64,000 nucleotides of DNA from the human T2T-CHM13v2.0 reference genome, Homo sapiens: assembly GCF_009914755.1 (NCBI RefSeq), contig NC_060928.1, one strand, 5' to 3'. Below the pieces are notes generated by a model. That model saw only the letters and a list, made by a program, of their open reading frames with translations. It was not told where the DNA came from and ran no database searches. A program made the position numbers and the translations under genes. Shown one piece after another: positions 1 to 13,608 of this stretch; within the stretch, counting starts at the first letter, position 1; each line of letters opens with the position of its first letter.

Positions 1-19
1 GGGTTAGACATTAAAATCA

Positions 20-535
20 AAATCTCAAAGAGATACCTGCACTCTTGTGTTCCCTGAAGCATTACTCACAGTAGCCAAGAGATAGAAACAACTTGTATGT
101 CCATCAACAACAAATAGATAAAGAAAATGTGGTCTCTACATACAATGGAATATTATTCAGCCATAAAAAAGAGGAAAATCATATTCACCAACATAGATGA
201 ACGTTGAAACATTATGCTAAATGAAATAAGTAAGTCAATGAAGGACAAATACTGCATGATTCCACTTATATGAGGTATCTGAAGTAGTCACAACTCATAG
301 AAGCCAAGAAGAAAATGGTGACTGCCATAAGATTGGGGGAGAAGAAAAAAGGGGTCGTTGTTCAATGCATACCGAGTTTCAATTATACAAGATGAAAAGT
401 TCTAGGTATCTGCTGTACAATGTTGTGCTTACAGGTAACAATACTGTACTGTACAGTGAACAATTTGTTTACAGAGATCACATGTTATATATTTTTTTAA
501 TTACAGTTTTAAAAGCAAACAAAAGAAAAAAAAAA
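20..535 (+). mobile_element. Old L1 3' end (L1MA/L1MB-like)
   Basis: aagaaaatgtggt...tacaatggaatattattcagcc...aaatactgcatgattccacttatatgaggt followed by an A-rich tail. Confidence 0.8.
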
Positions 536-1229
536 GGTTAAACAGATTGCCCATAGAAACACAGCCGATAAATGGTAAAGTGAAATCCAAATCCAGGCAG
601 CCTGAACTTTCAATTACTACGTTATACTTCTTGCTATCATGCATGTGAAAAAAATATACAAACAAAGAAATAAAATGTTACGTATTTTCTATTCATAGAT
701 TGAAGAATTTCCATTTTTATATTTATGCTGCAAGAAGACTATTCACTAAGCCTACATATGTAATAATTTATTGGAAACAAAGAGTAAGATATTTTTAAAT
801 TCTTCATATTTATCTAACCTAGTGTCATTTTTATATCTTTATGATTAACTCTTTTTCTAATTTTTGTTTTCATCAACACATAAAATAATTTTTAAAATTC
901 TACTATCAGAAAATGTCACTTCTCTTTCAGCCAAAGTCAGAATTTCATACATTTTAAAAATAAGTAACAGGCATTGTAATAATAGCCATAACGTGTAACA
1001 CTAAATTCCCAATGATAAAGGGATGAGCTGTTTAAGTTATATATTCAGTTGCAAAATGGTAATTTAAAACAGGAAGTAAACTGGCAGATTGTTTAAGTGA
1101 CAGACAATAAATTTAACTTTAATCAGTTAAAGAAAAGGTATTAAAGAATGATTTTTTCTTTTTATAGTTAATGAAATTATCTTCTAATACCAGTAATTTT
1201 TTCCATTTCGGTTTTTCACTCTGACTTAC

Positions 1230-1353
1230 TGCTTGGCAGATGCTGGCATTCCTAGTCTGGGTTATTCCTCCCACAAAGACCACACAGGTTAGGAAAATAT
1301 GAAAGCACAAGTTCACAAGCATGTGCCAGCTCTTGAGGCTGATTCTAATCAAA
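1230..1353 (-). CDS. ADGRA3: ADGRA3 exon ~16, 124 nt, TM2 and ECL1: [41 protein letters not shown]
   Basis: Acceptor ttaaacag, donor gtaagt; ORF 1119..1352; HxNL family-B TM2 motif and ECL1 cysteine. Confidence 0.95.
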
Positions 1354-1493
1354 CTGTTTAAAAAAGAGAGAAAATATTAATATTCAGGCTAGTACATAAG
1401 GAGAAAACTATGATGTTCATCTTAATTCCAACTTCATCAAAGGTAAAAGTTAAATATTTGATATTTAAACATTTAACAAACATATACTACCAG

Positions 1494-1520
1494 ACACACA
1501 CACACATACACACACGCACA
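1494..1520 (+). repeat. Imperfect (CA)n microsatellite
   Basis: acacacacacacatacacacacgcaca. Confidence 0.8.
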
Positions 1521-2473
1521 GATCTGAGACATCATTTAACTCGATCTCGTTTCTTAACATTTAACTTTATGCACTTAAAAACAAAAAGCCATTTATAGAA
1601 CCACTGCACCCACTAAATGCTAAAGAAATTCTCCACAATAAGAAACGCATGGGCTTTTGTTACTACGATGTCTTAAGATGACTGGATTACCTGCTTGGCC
1701 ACCTAGAGATTTCTGCAAGATGCCAATGGGTCTTTTTTTGACCCACTGGCGCAGGTCTAAACACTCAATGCATTTCTTCCTGGACTTTCATAATAAAATG
1801 TTGAAGTCTTTCTTTTTAGTAATATATATCAAAATCTCCTTTTGTTTCTTAACTAAATGTCAAGAAATGCCATATATGTCTAGCTTAAACAGGAAGACAC
1901 ATTCTAGCAAAACGTTTTGTAAAGCGAATTTCTGCTTAGCGTATCCTTTTAGTTCATTATTTCCCACCACAAAATAAAAGTTTCTATAGCTTTGCCTCCG
2001 ATTAACAAACAACATATCCCACGCTTAAATGCCACAAATTTTCTTAAAAATGTCATCTATAAAATAAAGAATATCATAATAGGCAAAAAGTCATAAAATA
2101 AGAGTAATAGTACAGTCTGATACTTAGAGACACCCCTTTAGGTACCTCTGCAGGTAAGAAACTTCCGCCTCACTTTACCTCCTATTGCGCCTGTGACCCG
2201 CCCCACAGTGTCCAATACCTATTGCCCATATTCTTTTCTAGATACAAACCCAGCAAACTGACTGGATGCTGGAAAAACAGAATTTATCATCTCAAATACT
2301 AATTATTTATGTTTCTAATGGCATGAAATGAAGGCATGTATATATTCTAAAGTCATCATCCTTACTTTGGAAATACAGGATGATAACAAACTCAATTTTA
2401 TCCTAATTAAATGTGAAATAAAGTCCTTCAAATCAAAGTCCGCAGATCTATTTTGTCGAGATGTATTTCTTAC

Positions 2474-2598
2474 CTGTGATGGTATATGTAACTGACAATG
2501 ACGGCTAAGAGACATAAGAGGAGAATGATAGCAGTAGTATAAACCACAGGATGCAGGAGGCTGGCCGCCTGGGTGTATAGTTCAGATCCCGTCAAATC
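2474..2598 (-). CDS. ADGRA3: ADGRA3 exon ~15, 125 nt, tethered-peptide end and TM1: DLTGSELYTQAASLLHPVVYTTAIILLLCLLAVIVSYIYHH
   Basis: Acceptor gccctcag, donor gtaaga; hydrophobic TM helix. Confidence 0.94.
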
Positions 2599-3254
2599 CT
2601 GAGGGCAAAAAGAAAGATCCATTCTAGCAGTACTTCTCTCCACATTTAACTACTGAGATTTTTTTGAGTGACGAAAACACATCAATAAACAAAAACTCTG
2701 GCCCTTATGTCTCTTTATTTTATTCAGACTAATGTTTCACGCTATTTTCCTAACATGTTACTTTGCTTTCCTAACTTCTATGGTGTTAACTGCTTACGGC
2801 ATACCCTCATTTTACACTGGACCATCTATTTTATAAATTGAAATATTGACTCTGCTATGAGGGTAAAAGAGAAATCAGCCCCCTACATTTAGGCAATTCA
2901 GAAAGCATAACCAGAATTCATCCTTTTCAATGCCCTTTAAGCCCAGTTATCACTCTGCATATTCACTAGCTGATCAGACACAATGAGAGCAGTATCTCTG
3001 AGGCTACAAAGCCCAAAGACACCTAACTATCCGTAGCCAAGTTCAACTTCAAGTTCCTCAAATACAAACGGACCAAACACTGCATAGGGCATTGGAGACA
3101 TAACGGTAAGACATGGTTCCTGTCCCTGAAGAGGTGAAAATCACAGGGGAGACACATGTACAATCAGATCATAACAATGTTTGATGAAGATAAGTCAAGC
3201 ACAATTACGGCAGCAGAGAGGAAGAGCCCTGTAAGAGCTCAAAAATCAGTAAAT

Positions 3255-3570
3255 GGCCGAGCACAGTGGCTCGCACCTGTAATCCCAGCACTTTAGGAGG
3301 CTGAGGTGGGCAGGCTTGAGCTCAGGAGTTCGAGACCACCCTGGGCAACACAGGGAGTTTGCATCTCCACAAAAGATATATTTTAAAAACTTAGCCAGGC
3401 CTGGTGGTGTGCGCCTGTAGTTCCAGCTACTCGGTAGGCTGAGGTTGGGAGGATCACTTGAGTCCAGGAGGTCAAGGCTGCAGTTAGCTAAGACAGCACC
3501 ACTGCACTCCAGCCTGGGCCACATAGTGAGAACCTTTCTCAAAAGAAAAATAATTTAAAAAAATAAATAA
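3255..3570 (+). mobile_element. Alu (AluJ-like)
   Basis: ggccgagcacagtggctc...ggaggatcacttgag...gaggctgcag dimer with A-rich tail. Confidence 0.9.
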
Positions 3571-3619
3571 GCAATAACAGCACGTCACTTATAGAACATT
3601 AGACATTGACTGTGAACAA

Positions 3620-3770
3620 TCTAGGCACTGACTGTGTCCAGCACCATAACTGTATGAGGTAAGTATGTTATTAGCCCCATTTTATATGTTAAAAAACTGA
3701 GGCACAGAAAATTATGTGCCTTAAGGATTAGATTCAAAGGAGCTTGGCTGCCAAGTCCTTGCTCCCAAAA
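3620..3770 (-). mobile_element. MIR fragment
   Basis: attagccccattttatatg...aaactgaggcacaga MIR core. Confidence 0.6.
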
Positions 3771-5055
3771 ACAATGCAGACACTGCCTCTCCGAAATGAA
3801 AACAATGGGCATCTTAATGCTACTCTCTTTATAAAAGACCAAAGCAAGTTGGAAAGACACCTCTACCCTGGCCACCATGCCAGATAACCTGGGTTGTAAG
3901 AACCACATCCCTTCACTAAATTCTCTTTCTGCACTGACTCTTATAGCTAAAAAGTGACTCCTGAATAAGCGAAGGAGCCCACAGTGGATATACCTCCAAT
4001 TAGGAAGCTGTTATTAATAAAATATCTGAAACAAGAAAAGCTAGATTAAAAAAAAGAAAGGAAGAGAATAAGTGACAACCAGACAAGGAAATGGAAGATG
4101 ACCTCAATAGAGTAGGAAGGGAAGGGGCAAATTTTCCCAAGGTAGAATCATAAGTTCACAATCTACAATTACAGATCTAAAAAGATGGTATCAGGATGCC
4201 TAACAAACTCCTCACCTTATCAAATGCTGAACAGTTAATGACAAAAACCACAGTAAGTGGGAAGCAGAGATGAGAACAGAGGAAACTGAATTCCAGCTAG
4301 ACTACTCAACTATACTATGATGAGCCTCTAACTTACAATTCACCCATTTACTTGACAAATATTGAGTGCCGGCCATGGTCAGGCACAGTACCAAGTAATG
4401 GATATACAGGGATAGACAGAACACAGTTCCAACCCTTGGAGGCCCTGCAGTCTGTAAATTAAGTACACAAAAGGGAAAAGACCAGAGAAAAGCGTGTCAG
4501 GACCAATTCTGAGCAATTTGCCTTTGTGAGATGCCCGTAACACTAGCCTGTAATACATGGCCTCAAAATAGTTGCACTCTGTTAAAAGTCCAGAATATTA
4601 GTAGGGAAATTCAAAGAAATGTTGGGATAATGAAAACCAGTTAGATGCTAGTGAGAAGAGACATATTTTCCTCCAAATTCAATGAAAAGCTTCTATTCCA
4701 GTACAGAACTAATAACTGAGGATAAACTTTCAATATCTAGTTTAGCTTCTCAAGTCCTTTTGTAGCAGTGCCTGCTTTAGATTACTGCAGGAAATGTTCA
4801 ATAACATGTTGCCACTTACCAGCTATAAGACTTGAGGCAGTTACCTCACTGTAAAATGGAGGCTCCTCTAATCATCTTAGGGGGTTTGGAGAAGGGGTAG
4901 AAGAAAGGTGGTAAAAGTGCATCCCATAGCCCTTGGCAGAAAGTAACAATATGGGGAGCTGGATACCATCGAATAAAACATTCGACTAAAAGCCGATTTA
5001 GTTCTCAAAATATACTCTATATGGCATTCAAGTTTAAAAGAAATCAGTTATTTTT

Positions 5056-5365
<310 letters not shown>

Positions 5366-5539
5366 AAATTAAAATTAAAAGGAAACTGCTATTTTTCAAA
5401 AGTCAAACAAATGTGACACAGAATGAAAAAGAAACTAGATGTTGAAACAGAGGGCAACAATGACTGAACAAAGGCATGAGTACCTCTGTCACTGGTCGCA
5501 CAGGGCACTGCTTCCACAGGGGCATTTTGTTCTCAACAT

Positions 5540-6500
5540 GTTTTTATTGACACATAATTGTATATATTTATGGCATACATGTAGTATTTTGATCCGTACA
5601 TATAACGTGTAATGACCAAATCAAATTGGGAAATATGAAATATGCAATAAATATGCAATAGATTTTTGATAACTATAGTCACTCTGCCATGCTATCAAAC
5701 ACCAGAATTTATTCCATCTGTACTTGGTTGTACTCATTAACCAACCTTACTTCACCCCCTCTTCCTAGACCCTTCCCTTCCCAGCCTCTGGTATTTTCCA
5801 TTCTCCTTTCTACCTCCATGAGATCAACTTTTTCAGCTCCCACATATGAGTGAAAACATGCACTCTTTGTCATTCTGTACCTGGCTTATTCCACTTAACA
5901 AAATAACTTCCAGGCTCATCCATGTTGCTGCAAATGACAAGATTTCATTCTTTTTTTAATGACTGAATAGTACTCCTTGGTGTATATATACCATATTTTC
6001 TTTACCCATTTGTCTGTTGATGGACTGATGGACACTTAACGTTGATTGTTTATCTTGGCTATCGTGAATAGTGCTGCAGTAAATGTGAGTGCAGGTATCT
6101 CTTCAATATACTGATTTCCTTTCTTCTGAATATATACTCAGCAGTGAAATTGCTGGATCATACGGTAGCTCTATTTTTAGTTTTTCAAGAAACTTACAAA
6201 CTACTTTCTATAATTATTGTACTAATTTACATTCCCACCAACAATGTATAAGAGTTCTCTTCTCCACATTCTGTTATTTTTTGTCTTTTTGATACAAACC
6301 ACTTAACTGGGGTAAGGTATCTTATTGTGGTTTTGATTTGTATTTTCCTGATGACTAGTGATTGTGAGATTTTTTCATACACCTGTTGGTCATTTGTATG
6401 TCTTCTTTTCAGAGTATCTAGTCCGATCGTTTGCCCATTTCTTAAATCAAAAATTTTTTATGTTGAGTTGTTTCAGTTCCTTATTATTCTGTTATTAATC
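5540..6500 (-). mobile_element. L1 3' end/ORF2 tail (L1MA-like)
   Basis: catccatgttgctgcaaatgacaagatttcattcttttt...tgctggatcatacggtagctctatttttag...cccaccaacaatgta. Confidence 0.85.
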
Positions 6501-6791
6501 CCACAAGAGCATTTTTGACCTGCCCACACGCAAAGAGGTCTCCTGCCGAAAAATGAACCTAGGGAAAAGCATAGTATAAAGGGCCAGATAGTAAACATTG
6601 TAGACTTTGGGGGCCAAGAGGCAAATTAAAGCTGTTATGCAGGTAGTATTAACCATGTAAAACAGAACCACTAAAAAAATTAAAAGCCATTATTAGCTTT
6701 CCCACCTTAAAAAAAAAAATATTAAAAGCCATTATTAGCTTTCCCACCTTTAAAAAAATCTGGCTAGATTGGGCAATACAAAAGAATATAA

Positions 6792-7079
6792 GGCCGGGCG
6801 CAGTGGCTAACGCCTGTAATCCCAGCACTTTGGGAGGCCGAGGCGGGTGGATCACAAGGTCAGGAGATCGAGACCATCCTAGCTAACACAGTGAAACCCC
6901 GTCTCTACTAAAAATACAAAAAATTAGCCAGGCGTGGTGGTGGGTGCCTGTAGTCCCAGCTACGCAGGAGGCTGAGGCAGAAGAATGGCGTGAACCTGGA
7001 AGGCGGAGCTTGCAGTGAGCCGAGATCAAGCCACTGCCCTCCAGCCTGGGCGACAGAGCAAGACTCCGCCTCAAAAAGA
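6792..7079 (+). mobile_element. AluY with target-site duplication AAAAGAATATAA
   Basis: AluY diagnostics gagatcgagaccatcct-gctaacac, agaatggcgtgaacc, ggcggagcttgcagtg; TSD at ~6780-6791 and ~7080-7091. Confidence 0.9.
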
Positions 7080-7899
7080 AAAAGAATATAAAAATATTTA
7101 CGGCAATTGAGAATTTTAGAATACCAGGATAGTAAACAAGTTAAAGCTCTACAATGAGAGAGAGAAAGCAGAAACCTGAATCAAATTATTTTCAATTATG
7201 GTAGTAAATAAATATAGGCTTTATGATAACAAAAACATTACTAAACACACTATATAAAAATGGTGGTATGAGACACCTTTGAGTAGAAAAAGTAAAACTG
7301 TTGCTCACATTTGCAACACAGTAATAAATAAAATAGAAAATGACTCTGCCCTCCAGCAACCACATGACCACAGTCCATCACTAAATAGTAATCTTAGTTC
7401 CTCTTCTACTCAGTACAAACTTTAATAACTAAGCCAAGAAATGAAAAATAAAGTTCTCCACAGAAGTTAGCTGAACTAATACAGAGAAATTAAACATCAA
7501 ATGTGTGTTAAAAAATCACAAAGATGATCATTACTAAGGATTCAAATCAATGGAAAAAGTTTTTAGAACTGTTTACTTGTCAGAGATTCATATATTTACA
7601 AGTGTTACTTCAGGCCTCAGAATTACTGAATATAAAATCAGTGGACATTTTCCATAATTATCACTGTATCAATAAGAATAATTAAAATAAGCAATTGTCT
7701 AAGTACCAGGATCTGAACAATGGAAAGGAATCCAAAGAAAATATATCAGGGCATCCTGTGTGTAAGGGAATAAAGAATTATAATAAGAGTTTACCATTAA
7801 AATTTTAAAATAGATTGAAATCAGAAATGTAAAAAAACAAAAATTTTAAAAGACGACTATGACTTACTTCTATGTTGCTTTTTCCCCACTAAGGAACAA

Positions 7900-9020
7900 A
7901 GAATACAAATTTAAAGATTTTATTCTCCCTACCTCACATCATCAACAAAAAATCAATTCCAGTCAAATTACAGAACTAAATATAAAAGGTAAAACATATT
8001 AAAGCTTCTGAAGAGAACAAAAAAGAAGATCTTCATAATCTTGGGGTAGAAAAATTTCTTAAACAGCATTAACTAAAACAACAACAACAACCAAGAAATT
8101 GTACTTCAGAAAATTTAAGAAACTCTGTTCATAAAAAGACAATATTGAGGAAAAAAAAGGCATGAACTGGGAGAAGATGTATGCAACACATAAATCCAAC
8201 AGGGAGCTCATATTCAGTACCCATATTAAGAAGTCCTATAAATAATTAAGAAAATGAAAGACAACAAAATTAAAAATAGGCAAGACTTGAGCAGGAACGT
8301 CAGGAAAAGGGGATACCCAAACTGCCAATAAAAAGCTAAAGAAGTGCTCAACATCAATAGTCACCAGAGAAATGCAAATTAAAACTAGAATGATACATCA
8401 CAATACTACCACCAGAAGACTAAAACTGAAGATTGACAATTCCAAGCATGGTCAAAATGTAGAGCACCTGGAACTCTCATTACTGTTGAGACTGTAAACC
8501 AACATAACCACTTTGGTCAACTGCATGGCTTTAGCTACTTAAAGCTAAACACATGGAAAGCCTACAATCTAGCAATTTCACTCCTGAGTGTACATGTCCA
8601 TCATAAAACATATACATGAGTACTCACAGCAGCTTTTTCTTGACACCCAAAACCTAGAAACAGAAATGGCTATCAATGATAAAATGAACAAACTTTGGCA
8701 TATTGATACAATGGACTGCTACACTGCAATGGAAAAGAATAAACTGCTGCTAAATGCAAAAATGAAGATAAATTCCAACCATGTAATGACAGGAAAGAAC
8801 CTGACACAAGTGTACATACTACACAACTAAAGTCTAAAAACAGGCCAAACCTATCTATAGTGAGAGACATCAAAAGGGTGGTTCCTGGAGATGGTGGCAG
8901 GAACTGACTAGAGAGAAACACAGGAGCACTGTCCAGCACTCTACTACAAATCTTGTTCTTATACATTCTTTTGTAAAAATATAACCAATATTTGTGCACT
9001 TTGCTCAATACCTCAATTTA
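7900..9020 (+). mobile_element. Ancient L1 (L1MC/ME-like) ORF2 3' part and 3' UTR
   Basis: Degenerate L1 motifs: cctacctcacatca, gaaatgcaaattaaaact, tagagcacctggaactctca, caatctagcaatttcactcctg. Confidence 0.7.
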
Positions 9021-9229
9021 AACCAGTTGGTCCCTTTGATTATCAATTCCACTTTGGAGAATTTGTCTCACAGATGCTCAATTAAATGTGCAAAATGACA
9101 CTGTACAAACCACTAGAAACAAACACAATAGAGAAATATCTAAATAAATTATGGTAGAAACATAATATTCAGAGATAAGAAAGAATGAGGAAACTCGTAT
9201 ATTGAGAGGATTTCAGAAAGGAGACTTAG

Positions 9230-9460
9230 CAGAGGGATTATTAACACAGATCCCAAAATGAGACTGTGAATTCAAATCCCAATACCAGCACTAGCTTTGT
9301 GAGCATGGCATTTAACCTCTCTCTGCCTCAGTTTCCACATCTGTACAGTGGGGGTGATGACAGTACTATTTCTCATGAGGCTGTTATAAGAGCTGAGTAA
9401 CTGAATGTATATAAAGACATCAGAGGAGTGGCTGACACATAAGTGCTTAATAAAGATTGG
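9230..9460 (+). mobile_element. MIR
   Basis: ttcaaatccca...tttaacctctctctgcctcagtttccacatctgt...taagtgcttaataaa. Confidence 0.75.
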
Positions 9461-10623
9461 CCACCACTACCACCATCACCATCCTCTTCTTTAAGATACA
9501 TTATCACCATCATAGTTAAGATATGTTGCTCTACAGAAAAAAGCACGGTTTAGAACAGTGTGTGTAGTATGCAACCTTTGTGCAAAAATGCAAAAAAATA
9601 GGAACATATACTCATTTTTGTTTCCATAAACACGAGGGTCTCCTCAACAATACGCGAGAAACAAACAGTAGTTACTTATCAGTGTGATACGAGAGATAGG
9701 TAGGACTTCCAGCTTTCACTGTATGTTAATGTGTAGAAATAAATAAAACATTACATCCATGTGAGTATAGTACTTATTTTAAAATTATTTAAACAAAAAC
9801 ATCACTAGCATTTATGTTCAATTATAGAGTAAATGATATCAAAGTTGCTTTGAATACCATTTTAATCTATAAAATGACATATTAAGATGGTATTCAGCAT
9901 GTTTTATATAAACAAATGTAAAAGAATCACTAGAAAATTAATGAATGCTCTCTAGTTTCATATTTTTAGGTGAACACAACAAAAGAGGAATCAATGTATA
10001 TAAATTAGCTTATCTTCACCACTAGTGATTAAAGTATTAAGCACTACATAGTTTGAACCTAATCATAACCCTACTTTCTATTCAGTTTTCTTTCTTTGTT
10101 TTTTCCTACAGACACCAGCTCCTGTGAATCTTCCTGCCCCACCTGGCTATTCCAGATCATATCATTCAAGCAAACCTAATTTCTGCTTAATTTTTTTTTC
10201 TGGCTCCCAATGAGACCTTAGTAAATAACTGGTATAGCAGGATGTATACTCAGATTTATGAACAAGTATATTCTTTATGTCGCATTTTTTAAAAATTCAA
10301 AACTCTTAAAATCAGATAAAGGAAAGTTTTATGGACTATATCCCAAGATAGGAATTTAGACTTACTATATAAAAGGATATATTAAGATGGTATTCAAGAG
10401 ACATAGGATTTTATCAATTTTTAAAAGCTTAATATAAGGAAAAAAGACACTGCTTTCTAATTTGCTTTCTAATTTTTTAAAAACAATTTTTTCAATCCTA
10501 AACATAACTTTACCTAAAAGTGGGTATAATTTCATTAACTTCTTCTTTATGTTTAATTAGCAACTAACTCCCATGCAGTAACTTTAATTTTGTCAACAAT
10601 TTCAAATACATTTCTCTTTGCTG

Positions 10624-10637
10624 CCTCTAGATGGCAC
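10624..10637 (+). promoter_or_regulatory. Candidate CTCF core motif
   Basis: CCTCTAGATGGCAC matches CCASYAGRKGGCRS at 13 of 14 positions. Confidence 0.4.
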
Positions 10638-11115
10638 AATTACATTTAAGAAAAGGAAAAAGTCTTTGAAAATAAATAGAAAAAAAATCTTAGTACTACA
10701 GTATTTTAACTTTAAAGAATTGTGTATTACATTTTTTTAAGAGATTAAAAGTCTGAAAGATAAAAGAATAGCTTATTCCTTCCAGAAAAGGATTATACTA
10801 ATTTAATAGTTTTGAAGAACAGCTAGGAAGTTCACAAATAGATGCTTTAAACTGGTATTAGACTAAATAAAAATAAAAGTTTCACATGGTGCAATATCAC
10901 AGCGAAGGCTTATAAAATGCATTTTTGTGTATGTTTTGTGTTTCATTTATTTTGCTCAATTTTTTCTTGTTAACTTATAAATTTCTGACAATGTTGAATA
11001 TTATTTCTCATCAGTACATCACAGTTTATTTTATATTCAAAACTGAATGAGAAAACACTTTCAAAATGGAAGAGAAAATGCCACATACTTTAACGCTTCA
11101 TGCTTTAATTTAAAA

Positions 11116-11412
<297 letters not shown>

Positions 11413-12203
11413 TATAAGTTGACTACACAATAATAAAATGTGAACTTATAGAAACCAGACTCATGCTTACAGAAATCAAGACATCTTCCATTTACAAAGA
11501 GAATCAGAATCATAAACTGTCAACACTAAAGTTAATCCCAATTGAATAAAGGTCCTTTATATATACAAATATACAAATATAGCCGAGTCTATAAACATAC
11601 ATGTTTAAATATGTTGCTTGCACTTGTATAAAATGCTCAATTATGTCAATGAAAAGATAATCCCTTTACTCTGATAAATAATCTATTCACCTTTCTGCTT
11701 GCTTGACCTGTGTACCAGGTAAGGTATAAGTTGAATTGAAACAACAACAACAACAAAAAAAAACATACAAGAGTCAAAGAAAATTATTTATAATTCAGGT
11801 TTACTTCAAGATCATTTCTAGTGCTAAATGCTATTTTTTTAAGAAAAGAAAAATTCATGAAATGTAAAATATATCATGTTTCAAGGTATTTAGCACTTTG
11901 ATAAAACATTTTCTAGAAAACAGATTTACAGCTGGAATCAGAAATAACATAGAAGTTCCTCACACCCAGAGTAACCTCAAACCATTTCTGGGAAATGTCT
12001 TTCACACTCGTCAGTAATTCCTTCCACCGTACTCTAAATATACTCCTTGATGTCAGTATTTATAATAATTACAATATAAAATAAGAACTAGCATGGTTTA
12101 TTTCATAATTATCTGCTCAGACGTCAGATTCACTTAAAGACCTCATTAATAAAAACACTTGCTCCTGTACATTAATAACTGTTATTTTACCCCCCAAAAA
12201 TTA

Positions 12204-12416
12204 CAGGTTGAGTATCCCTAACCCAAGAATCCTAAATCCAAAATGCTCCAAAATCTAAAACTTTTCAAAGAAAATGCTCCTTGGAGGATTTCAGATTTTT
12301 GGATTAGGAATGATGAACTGGTAAGTGTAATGCAAATATTCCAAAATCTGAAAAAATCCAAAATCCAAAACATTTTTAGTTCCAAGCATCTCAGATAAGA
12401 GATAAGACTCAACCTG
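12204..12416. mobile_element. TcMar-Tigger MITE (Tigger4/MER46-like) with TA target-site duplications
   Basis: Terminal inverted repeats TA|caggttgagtat... and ...actcaacctg|TA (TA at 12202-3 and 12417-8). Confidence 0.8.
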
Positions 12417-12975
12417 TAATTAGTGTTAACAACGGCAAATAACAGAAAACAACACTAGACTGGCATTAAAACTGAAAAGACATTCTTTGTGTCAATACTG
12501 TCACTTGCAATGACAAAAATGAAATTATCATGATTAATTCTAAATTCAAATAGAGTCTAACAATTACGACATGTAGTGGGAAACAGCGCTAGATTGCAAA
12601 GTAGGAAAATGTTCTTTCACTACTCACTGTGTATCCTTCGGCAAATGAAATCACTCTTTCTGGGCAGAGGGAATCTGCATCAACAGTCTCTCCAAGTTTT
12701 AAGGTCAAAGACTAACTGAACTGATTGACTTATAAAGTTGATTTAAAATTCCTATATACCAAACTCAATCCCATACATTTCACTTGGTAGTAACTTAATT
12801 TCCCTTTAAAATCAAAATTAGAACACATATCATCTCATATAATCAAAGGGAGCAAATTATGTTAAAAGTAAAAAAAAAAAAAAAACAAAAAACAAAAAAA
12901 CACTTCATTTGAGCTTAATTATGCATAGCAAAAATGTAGAATAGTGTTTATGCATAAAGTTAACAACTGCCATAC

Positions 12976-13184
12976 CATTAAAACTGCATAGTTACTAAGG
13001 GAGTAGCACTGAATCGTAGTGATATTTTCATCTGAATAGAGTATATGGCACCCATCTGACTTCCAGCCTCCTTGTCCGTTCAGCAAATCGAAATCCCACC
13101 GGGCTGCAACAGCATCTGCTCCATGTGCAATTCGACGCAGTGTCACATTAACAGGGATGTGGTGGGTATCTACATTCACACCAT
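12976..13184 (-). CDS. ADGRA3: ADGRA3 exon ~14, 209 nt, GAIN C-terminus with GPS: GVNVDTHHIP...GWKSDGC...CYSLSNYAVLM
   Basis: Acceptor ttctccag, donor gtatgg; W-x-x-x-G-C and C-x-S-L-S-N-Y-A-V-L-M GPS pattern. Confidence 0.95.
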
Positions 13185-13394
13185 CTGGAGAAAATGGGAA
13201 ATAAAAATATTTCTGAAACAAACTTCATAACCAATTATAAATGTCAACTTCTACAGTAATGGGTACTCTGCAAGATCTTTCTTCACTAGTGACTCATTAA
13301 AACGAGAAAACACTAAAATAAGCATTTTTAGGAACAGTCAACTACAAGGCCTTATTGTCCACTGACTACAGGATAACATATGCCACATACAAAC

Positions 13395-13608
13395 CTATTT
13401 TGGTGAGAATCACAGGGGTAACCACAGTACGTCGTTTTCCATCATCAGCCAAATTTGTTGAATTTCCAGTGGCTGGAAAAAGCTTTCCATTGCGGAATGC
13501 AATGAGTTGAAGCTTGTAAAGAGAGTCATCAGTTGGTCTGAGTTCTCTTTTTTGCTTTGGTGAGAAAAGGGAAGGAGGAAGCTGAATAGAAGCCTCCACA
13601 ATAGTATT
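13395..13608 (-). CDS. ADGRA3: ADGRA3 exon ~13, 214 nt, GAIN: NTIVEASIQLPPSLF...VILTKI
   Basis: Acceptor ttttcag, donor gtttgt; ORF 13366..13641. Confidence 0.95.

Noticed and set aside
2140-2210. ETS (acttccg) and GC-box (cccgcccc) motifs as an internal promoter
   Set aside because: Only ~70 bp, no CpG island, and short motifs alone are insufficient evidence.
12919-12975. Read-through tails of other exons (e.g. VWQLLTLC..., VTRKSSC..., VSQSEKP...)
   Set aside because: Expected ORF-finder extensions past donors. I did not identify a supporting 3'-end structure like the one in intron 12.
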